Below, piece after piece: positions 54,410-64,000 of a stretch of 64,000 nucleotides of DNA (position 1 is the first letter of the stretch; every line of letters starts with the position of its first letter). Origin of the DNA: Octopus vulgaris (lineage: Eukaryota); assembly GCA_951406725.2 (NCBI GenBank), contig OX597816.1:37138001-37202000 (forward strand), read 5' to 3'. The translations under genes and the position numbers were made by a program. The notes beneath the pieces are model-generated. The model was given only the letters and a program-made list of their open reading frames with translations, was not told the DNA's origin and searched no databases.

Positions 54410-55335
54410 CACCATTAGAAAAGGAATATTCCAAGGAGAGTCGCTCACTCCACTCCTTTACTGCCTCGCTCTGACGCCTTTAACCGACATGCTAAACAGA
54501 ACGGGATATGGATATATCTGCTATAGTAAAACAACCAACAATCTCTTGTATATGCATGATCTAAAACTGTATACTTATATCTGTATCAACAGATGCTTGC
54601 GTAGTGTACTTTAAATTAGTTGGCCCGAACACATAAGCAATATGGAGCAATGGCAAAGAACAAATCAAGTTTCGATAAGGGAGCAAATACTTAAGAAAAA
54701 GTGGAAGTGGATTGGTAGAACAATTAGAAAAGAAACTCCAAATGTAGCGAAAAGTGCTTCAAAGTGGAAACCGGATGGATATAGAGAGGTAGGCCTAAGA
54801 ACTCGTGGCGTAGATCAACACAAAATGAATTAGAGAAAGGGGGACATTCATGGCAAAGTATTAGTACAGAAGCGAAAAATTATGCGACATGGAATTCAAC
54901 TATAAGTGGCCTATACTCCGCGTTGGAGGGTTATAGGCAGGGGGAAAAAACTGTATACAGCAATTGAGAGAAAAAAACTGGAAACATTGCGACAGAGCAT
55001 GGATTTACCAAAGAAATAGATATGAAATTCAGCTTAGGGAAATGTGTCAAAAGCAACCTTGAAAAGAAGAAAACTGGTTCAGAGTAACAATATTACATTA
55101 GATAAAGAAAAATAAGTGAATTAGATCAATGCCAAACATACAGATACTTAGGAATAAATGAATCAAATAAGGTACAATCTGTTACTTTTCTTGATCTTAC
55201 ATGTCACATACAGAAGATGTGCATTAGGAGCTATCCCTAATCATTTGGGCAGATGGATAGAGGAAATAGACATAAAACCAGTTTAGTACAGCTCCAGAAA
55301 ACTGTTATTAATGATGGTTAGGATACTTGTTGCAG
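54410..55335 (+). pseudogene. R4/Dong-clade LINE RT fragment interrupted by an RTE insertion
   Basis: IRKGIFQGESLTPLLYCLAL...LLYMHDLKLY | ...MKFSLGKC...YRYLGINE...ALGAIP...LQKTV. Confidence 0.85.
54575..54946 (+). mobile_element. 5'-truncated RTE-clade LINE 3' end with 12-bp TSD
   Basis: INRCLR..ISWPEHISN...KKKWKWIGRTIRK...WKPDGYR...PKNSWRRS. TSD AAAACTGTATAC at 54563-54574 and 54947-54958. Confidence 0.9.
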
Positions 55336-55419
55336 CCTGATGTTAGGAATTTTTGTTTTCCAACACACTAATTTGTTGTGTATATGAATAATAATAGTAA
55401 TAATAATTATTATTATTAT

Positions 55420-55965
55420 TGAGTGAGAGAGCAGTGCATGCCATCAAAGTGACACTGGGGTAAAATATACGAAGCCCAGTATACCCATCATGACTACCCG
55501 TCTGATAAGAGTACACCAGGCACATGCATCACAACCATGTGTGCGCGACATGATGATCTCATATCAAGATAAACAGCACATGACCTTGCAGGTGGGGCCC
55601 AGTTAGAATTTTCTTCAGGTCGAGTAACCCATCCCACTCGAACGGTCCCTGAATAAGGGTTGTTTAAGGATGCTGAAAGAACCACCCATGTTTCCAGAGG
55701 TGAATTATTCAAACCTCAAAGAATCCCTCTCAACACATGGCTATGATGCTCCCCCACTACTTCTGCTCGTGATCAGAGATGCACATATCGTCAGCCACTA
55801 AGGGACATGCTCAACTGGTTAAGGTCAAACAACTGACAAGCAAATCTGTGGTATTGAGCAGAATATTTGCTGTAGCCCATCTTTTTATACCAAGACAAAA
55901 CAATGTACATGATGACACTTCCAATCAGTTAAGATCTGAAGCCATGAGAGCCACTGCCTGGTACT
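55420..55965. mobile_element. Unclassified ~545-bp interspersed repeat between (ATT)n tracts
   Basis: GC-richer block; a diverged inverted partial copy lies at ~51690-51832. Confidence 0.65.
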
Positions 55966-56030
<65 letters not shown>

Positions 56031-56504
56031 TAGGAGAATGGGACTAGGCAATTACATCAACCCCAGTGTTTTACTGGTACATAATTTATCGACTCCGAAA
56101 GAATAAATAGCAAAGTCGACATCGGCGGAATTTGAACTAAGAACGTAAAAGCAAACGAAATGTCGCTAACCATTTTGTCTGATATACGATTGTCTGTTGG
56201 TGGGGTTCTAACCCACAGTGCTTCATCCAATAATATATAATGCGCTTAATACTAATCAAGTGTTACTCCTATTCTCCTCTTCCTGTACTCCTTACGCAGA
56301 AACCTACTATAGCAGTATGACTGAAAAAACTGTTTGTCAACTTTTCAGTTTGTCACTTAATTCTCTGTTGGTTCGGAAAACTGCAACACTGTCTGCTATC
56401 ATCTGCTCGAACGTATGGTTCGTGAAATATATTACACACACACTCACACACTCACATACACACAACACACACATACACATACACACAGACACACACGCTT
56501 ACAC

Positions 56505-56570
<66 letters not shown>

Positions 56571-56673
56571 ATAAATGGATAAGTATGTATCTATACGAAG
56601 AATATGTACATTAATACGTGTTTTATATATATACATGTGTGTATACATGTGTATATATATATGTATATATATA

Positions 56674-56707
<34 letters not shown>

Positions 56708-57449
56708 CATAGAAACATTTTATATATTTGTGTGTGTCACTAACTTTAGAAAATATGCGACAGTTCAAAGCATCAAAGACAATGATTTTCTATATTCGAG
56801 AAAAAAGACGACACAAACGTTTAATATTGCATGAATCAACAGAAAATACTGCTGACAGATTACAGAAAAAATAGTAAATAATCATATTCCAATGTGACTA
56901 GCTAATGTCTGCAGTTTATAATAGAGAAATAGTAGTTATGCGAAGAATAGCTTGAGTAAATTCAGGTAAGGATAAAGAAATAGTAAAGTCAATAAAATGG
57001 AAAATATTCAATTTGATTAATAAATGATCTTATATGAAATATTTTCTGGAGGAAAATGGAAACAATGATTTAACTATTATTAGTTATACATAAAAATAAT
57101 AAATACAACTGATGTTTTAGAAAATAATCTAAATCAAAATACTATTATGTTATGAATAGTAACTAACAAAGGTAAAACTTAAACATTCTATCTTTCATCT
57201 TTTACTTGTTTCAGTCATTGGACTGCGACCATGTTAGGGCACCACCTTGAAGGATTTAGTCGAGCAAATCTATTCCAGTATTTCTTCTTCTTTTTTTAAT
57301 ACTTGTATTTATTCTATCGGTATTTATTGCCAAACAGCTAAGTTAAGGGGAGGCAAACAAGTCAACACAGGTTGTCAAGCAGCGGTGGGGGTCAAACTCA
57401 AGCACAAAGACTTACACACAAATAGACATATATACATACCTGCTCACCT

Positions 57450-57850
57450 CTTTGCTTCAGACTTCATTGGAGACAGTCATACGTACTTTAAATGAGACCG
57501 AACAAACGAATGCACTACCCATCCTTGACATCTGCAGATTGAATAGCAAACTAAGTCCAACATCACCACACACACAACTCCATCCCCATATAACTATCAT
57601 TCCTTCCTCTCTATCCATCACTTTCCTCTCCTTCCCGCTAAATACACACAGAAATACCCACATAACTGAATCAACCCTCTCACTGGTCAAAACGGATAAA
57701 CAACCGTCAGTTAAATAGCCATTAATGCTATATCACCTGAAGAAACGAATCCATGAAGATTATCTACCCGGTGCCCAAGAATACTACGGACCACACTGTA
57801 ATTATCCAAGGAATTTGTCGAAACGCACGTAGCGATGCATTAAAATAGTT
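57450..57850 (+). mobile_element. Internally deleted Penelope-like remnant ending in a hammerhead
   Basis: TLNETEQTNALPILDI resembles the PLE RT motif FTxExExxxxLPFLDI; hammerhead at 57732-57836. Confidence 0.6.
57732..57836 (+). ncRNA. Type I hammerhead, near-intact, long stem II
   Basis: AUCAC-CUGAAGA-AACGAAUCC...GGAAUUUGUC-GAAAC-GCAC-GUA-GCGAU, with one mismatch in stem I. Confidence 0.7.
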
Positions 57851-58315
57851 ATCAACTCTATCCAAGAATTATTATTATTGCTGAGCTGGCAGAGTCATTA
57901 ACACGCATTCGTGACATTTCGTTTGTCTCTACATTCTGAGTTAAAATTCCGCCTGTGGCTGTGTGATAAAGAAGCTTGCTTCCTCATAACATGGTTCTGC
58001 GTTCGACAAAAGAGACGGATAGAATAAGTACTAGGCTTACAAAGGATAAGTCCTAGGGTCGATTTCCAGCATAGCCGCATTCAAATGACTGAAACAAGTA
58101 AAATAGTAAAAGAATAATATATCTATATATATATATATATATATATTAATTGCTATAGCCACCTATATTATAATGTATTTAATATATCTTAATATATTAA
58201 TATATTATCATAATATCTTATTGTATGTTACTATACATTTCAGCCGTTTTTGAATTTTACCACTAGCTTTTCAACGTTTTTTTTTTGTTCTCATGAACGA
58301 ATGGGAGGTAGGCTT

Positions 58316-58475
<160 letters not shown>

Positions 58476-59739
58476 CAAGATTCAGTTGAATTAGTTACTT
58501 AAGTTGAGGCACGAAACCAGTCTGGTATGGTCTGCACAGCTTGAAATAGGTGAATAAAAACCGTATAAGTAACAAGGATGCCCAGGTATCAGTGCACTAC
58601 GGCCGCTTCAAGCGGCTCCATTTAATTGATCAATGAAAAGATTGCATTAGTTTGAAAAAGAAAACCGCCCCTCGAAGGCATATGACCATACAGATTTCCA
58701 ACATACAGGATACACCATTACAATTTTTTAGCAAATTTTTATTAGTACTAGAGACTAAAATAATTACAATGATTTTCTTTGCTATTTTGGTGGTAGAATG
58801 GAATTCAGGAGGAAAGTACTTAAATCCTACTATAATTTAGAGTGATAGAAGTAAATACTAGGTGTCGAGAAAGAGGAATGGGGCCACACCTACATTCATC
58901 TTTATCCTTATCACATTCAAAGGACTCAACGCAGCATGTAATCTACAACTCCTTAGAATTAAGTCCATTGGGAATTGACACTTAAGTCCTTGTTGATGGT
59001 GATAAATTAATTAACGTCAGATATTCTCCCCTACTCCTATTTTACTGTAGCCCTAAGAACTAGTCATATCTACATAAAAGAATATTTCTCAGAAGATGCT
59101 AGTAAGATAATGATATATAGAGAAGAGTTGATGACCAGAAAGATGAAGGACAGGGGTAACTTAATCTATTATGATTATCAAATAAAAGGGCCTAAAATGG
59201 AAAACAAAAGAGGTCACAATGAGATTTAAGTGTGGGAATTAAAAGTACGGGAGAGGATGTGTATCCAAAGTTAGCAAAATTTATATATTAAAATATTAAA
59301 GTATTTAAGAACCAAGTAAGAGAAGAATAAGAATAGGTAAGCCAACCTAAGGCCATAAAGATGGTGTACTTTTATGTATAAGAGAGATCTCACAATGCTT
59401 CATCCTAGCATAATGCTAAGGTGGTCAGGCTAAAATTATTCAACAATGAACCTACAATTACATTCAGATATCATCCGATTGAATCAAAACCAAAGACTAA
59501 GGACTAAAGAAATGATAAATATTTCTATATCATGTAAACTTATTTAATAACCTTGAACAAAATATATTTTTATAAAAAAATTATCAACAATATGAAAAAT
59601 CCGAAAGGATATAAAAAGTTATAAAAATACCACATATATATATCCATAAAAATATCATATATACACATATATACACACATAAATATATATACATATACAC
59701 ACATACAATAAACATATACATATAAAATATATATACATA

Positions 59740-59780
<41 letters not shown>

Positions 59781-60374
59781 AATTATAAATATAAATGTAA
59801 ATAAATAAATATAAACACCATATTGTATTATATTATACCATAATTATTATAGAGAGAAGTTACAATCCCCTTCACAATCCATAGAAATTACACCAGTGTA
59901 TATAAGGTTATAAATATATATAAAATACAATAATATAGTACAAGATAAAAGGATAAATTAAATATAATGAAAATTAATAAAGGGTTAAAAGAAATTGTAT
60001 AAAATTCCAATAAAGAATTTGTAAAATAAAAAAATAAATAAAAATGAAGGTAAACATTTTACATTGCGAATGTCATACAATATATACCGGATATAAAAAT
60101 AGAAAATTAAAGATAAGGATAAGACAATGTATTCATGACGAAAGCTAATTAAAAATATATAAGATAGAATAAAATAAAATTACCATTGTATATGGTTTTA
60201 TAAAATATTTATGAGATATAATATTACAGACACAGATATGTGTAGAATCATAACAGTTCACAGGAGGTGTATAATATACTATAGGGAAGCGTAAGATCTG
60301 GTAATCTATTGTAAATACACATATTATGACTAATAGGGAAGAAAGGATTAGAACCAAAAGGGGAAATAAAGAAA

Positions 60375-60612
60375 TATATAGTTCTTTACTACCCACAAGG
60401 GGCTAAACACAGAGGGGACAAACAAGGACAGACAAACGGATTAAGTCGATTACATCGACCACAGTGCGTAACTGGTACTTAATTTATCGACCCCGATAGG
60501 ATGAAAGGCAAAGTCAACCTCGGCGGAATTTTGAACTCAGAACGTAACGGCAGACGAAATACGGCTACGCATTTAGCCCGGCGTGCTAACGTTTCTGCCA
60601 GCTCGCCGCCTT
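60375..60612 (-). mobile_element. SINE family B, well-conserved copy
   Basis: Matches the first monomer of 36728-37160. Other copies at 56030-56180 and 57880-57952. Confidence 0.88.
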
Positions 60613-60827
60613 AAAAGGGGAAATAGATAAATTTAAATATAGGAGGAATGCAAATTAAACAGGTAGGGGTTATGAGAGAACAATATTACATATAATTCCA
60701 TACAATAGAAGGTATGTTATGAAAGATATGACACCCCAGGTAATTCTGCCACCAACTCATATGTATAATACGTTTATATATTTCTTGTGCAAGATTTTTT
60801 ATGTGAAGTCGTGTGTTGAAACAGATA

Positions 60828-61031
60828 TTGTTATATTTCGGAATGGTCATTTTGCCAGTTTAGCCAATAAAATCACACGCACTATATATTTGGTGTTACT
60901 TTGCTTCTGGCCGAAATAAGATTAAGATTAATATAAAAACTAAATAACACTGAAGCAAAGTAACACCAAATATATAGTGCGTGTGATTTTATTGGCTAAA
61001 CTGGCAAAATGACCATTCCGAAATATAACAA
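60828..61031. repeat. Perfect 80-bp inverted repeat with 44-bp spacer (fold-back element)
   Basis: 60828-60907 is the reverse complement of 60952-61031. Confidence 0.92.
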
Positions 61032-61375
61032 CATATGTATAATGTTATTTGTTTCTAAAATATTTGAAGGTACGAGTGCTCCTATGTACAAAAGATACTC
61101 TAAGGGGCAATCTGTTATTAATTAGGTTATTCTTGTCTCTATAGTTAAAAATTTCGTAAATTTACGTTTTGGCTGGTTAGGTGTTATACAAAACACTTGC
61201 CCAAGAGACCGTGCAGATTGATTTGGAACCATGTGGTTAAGAAGCAAACTTCTTACTACAGCAACTACACCCGCACCTATAAACAGACATTAATATCATG
61301 CGCCAAATAAATGTTAATATGATCGACTGAAACACTTGAAAGTGATAATCCAGTATGACTGTAATCCATTGACTT

Positions 61376-61764
61376 GGAGGCGCAATGGCCCAGTGGTTAG
61401 GGCAGCGGACTCGCGGTCGTAGGATCGCGGTTTTAATTCCCAGACCGGGCGTTGTGAGTGTTTATTGAGCGAAAACACCTAAAGCTCCACGAGGCTCCGG
61501 CAGGGGATGGTGGTGATCCCTGCTGTACTCTTTCACCACAACTTTCTCTCACTCTTACTTCCTGTTTCTGTTGTACCTGTATTTCAAAGGGCCGGCCTTG
61601 TCACTCTCTGTGTCACGCTAAATATCCCCGAGAACTACGTTAAGGGTACACGTGTCTGCGGAGTGCTCATCCACTTACACATTAAGTTCACGAGCAGGCT
61701 GTTCCGTTGATCGGATCAACCGGAACCCTCGTCGTCGTAACCGACGGAGTGCTTCCATCCATCC
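61376..61764 (+). mobile_element. SINE family A, full length, 12-bp TSD
   Basis: tRNA head and (CCAT)n tail; TSD AATCCATTGACT at 61363-61374 and 61765-61776. Confidence 0.92.
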
Positions 61765-62044
61765 AATCCATTGACTAAACCCAAGTAAAACAATTAAATG
61801 AATAAATAGAAGCCAGACTTCTTACACATTTGTTGAGGGACATTCAGGAGAATGGATGTTTAGCAAATATTTATGATAGAAATCAGTTACAATGAGATTC
61901 ACCAGATTAGTCAAGAAAGCAACGCTTAGAGAATTAATTTCCAGACTTTACATTCACTTCGACAATGTTAAGTAGAATTATGTTTTGCTAAATTTATATG
62001 GCTTAATGCGAAAATGAGATTTTAAAAATCTGAATAAACGAGTA

Positions 62045-62845
62045 GGCACAGGCGTGGTTCTGTGGAGAAGAAGCTTGTGGTTTTGGTTCAGTCCTACTGC
62101 TCGTTACCTTGAGCAAGTGCCTTCTACTATGACCACTTCGGGCCGACCAGTTTCGGTTGTCAAGCGATGTTGTGGGGACAACAAGTGTCTTCTACTATAG
62201 CCTCGGGCCGACCAAAGCCTTGTGAGTGGATTTGGTAGACGGAAACTGAAAGAGACCGACAGAATAAGTACTAGGCTTACAAAGAATAAGTTCTGGGGTC
62301 GATTTGCTCGACTAAAGGCGGTGCTCCAGCACGGCCACACACAAATGACTGAAACAAGTAAAAGAGTAAAAGAGTAAAGAGTATACATCCTTTTAATCAG
62401 AGGTATCAACACTACACCTTAATGGAACACAATATGGATATATTGAGAATAAACGAGTAGGCACAGGCGTGGTTCTGTGGAGAAGAAGCTTGTGGTTTTG
62501 GTTCAGTTCTACTGCGCGTTACCATGAGCAAGTGCCTTCTAGTATAACCACTTCGGGCCGACCAAAGCATTGTGATTGCATTTGGTAAACGGAAACTGAA
62601 AGAAGCCCATATGTGCGTGCGTGTGTGCGTGTGCATGCGTATATTTACGTTTGTCACCCAACACAGCTTGACAAACGTTATTGGTTTGACTTCGTCCCTC
62701 TAAACTAGCAGTTTGGCAAAAGAGACTGATAGAATGAGAACCAGGAATTTAAAAATAAGTACTGGAGTAGATTTGTTCGACTAGAACCATCTAAGGCAGT
62801 GTCCCAGCATGGCCACAATCCAGTGAGTGCAACAAGTAAAAGATA
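62045..62845 (+). mobile_element. Two SINE family C-derived copies (62045-62385 rearranged; 62460-62845)
   Basis: Heads 62032-62149 and 62447-62563 share private variants. Confidence 0.8.
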
Positions 62846-62965
62846 AACAATTTTGTGTTGAGTTAATCGTTCTTATTTAAAGAATCTTGGATTCTATTCC
62901 ACTAACATACGAGATACATTCGAGAAGTTTTGCGACTTTTTTAGGAGAGGCGGTTATAAGTATCC

Positions 62966-63211
62966 TACTCTTTTACTCTTTTACTTGTTTCAGTAATTTG
63001 ACTGTGGCTATGCTGGAGCACCGCCTTTAGTCGAGCAAATCGCCCCCCAGGGCTTATTCTTTGTAAGCGTAGTACTTATTCTATCAGTCTCTTTTGCCGA
63101 ACCGCTAAGTTACGGGGACGTAAACACACCACCATCGGTGTCAAGCAATGTTGGAGGAGACAAACACAGACATACAAACATATACACATACAAACATATA
63201 CACACACATAC

Positions 63212-63258
<47 letters not shown>

Positions 63259-63424
63259 TACGACGGGCTTCTTTCAGTTTCCGTCTACCAAATTCACTCA
63301 CAAGGCTTTGGTCGGCCAAAGGCTATAGTAGAAGACACTTGCCCAAGGTGCCACGCAGTGGGTCTGAACCCGGAACCATGTGGTTGGTGAGCAAGCTACT
63401 TACCACACAGCCACTCCTACGCCT
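62966..63424 (-). mobile_element. SINE family C, full length
   Basis: Colinear with 13899-14365. Confidence 0.92.
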
Positions 63425-63774
63425 ATCCTAGATTATTATAATTTTAGTATACCATTAAAATACATCAAATGAACTAACCTATTAACTGTTACTCTTCTAG
63501 ATTAAAGAAGAGCTCTGTTACGGCAAAAACACACCCCATGAAACACTGCTTGTCACAGCTGACAAGTTTGCAGAATGCAGTCAGGAGATTTGGAAGCTTG
63601 CTATGTAATAGTTTTGTGTTAAACTGGGGAAATGCTATGGGTAACTTATGAAATGCTCTAGACTGTTTATAGATTAATATTTTTTCTTGTACAAAAGCTT
63701 CACGTACAGTAGAGATGAGTTGAGAGGCGATGAGAGGTATAAGAGGAAAAGAGGCGTCGGGATGTTAGAGATGG

Positions 63775-64000
63775 TTGTAAGCCTAGTACATATTCTATCG
63801 ATCTTTTTGGCCGAACCGCTAAGTTACGGGGACGTAAACACACCAGTATCGGTTGTCAAGCGATGTGGGAATAACAAGTGTCTTCTACTATAGCCTCGGG
63901 CCGACCAAAGGCTTGTGAGTGGATTTGGTAGACGGAAACTGAAAGAGACCGACAGAATAAGTACTAGGCTTACAAAGAATAAACCTGGGGTCGATTTGCT
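63775..64000. mobile_element. Palindromic derivative of SINE family C (runs off the window end)
   Basis: Inverted arms at 63775-63807 and 63942-63974; shares its junctions with 62147-62385. Confidence 0.75.

Overview
AT-rich, microsatellite-dense eukaryotic DNA with no confidently identifiable host protein-coding gene. The repeat families look like those of Octopus/coleoid cephalopods (recognised from memory, not from a search). The window is a layered set of mobile elements. It holds a young CR1-clade LINE with an intact 962-aa APE+RT ORF2 and the end of ORF1, decayed Tx1/L1, R4/Dong, RTE, Penelope-like (PLE) and mariner elements, Helitron-type non-autonomous elements, MITEs, and about 30 copies or fragments of three to four tRNA-derived SINE families. 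The most notable hidden layer is a dispersed set of type I hammerhead ribozymes (two with intact cores at 21709-21798 minus and 33466-33539 plus, several near-intact or minimal variants). They occur in PLE termini and in short non-coding, often fold-back elements embedded in (TA)n tracts, suggesting a retrozyme-like PLE-derived system. Other highlights: CR1 ORF2 has no usable AUG and overlaps ORF1 in the -1 frame across two canonical slippery heptamers; an 18S/ITS1 rDNA fragment flanked by a 6-bp direct repeat sits inside a dead LINE RT; and a rearranged palindromic SINE variant occurs twice.
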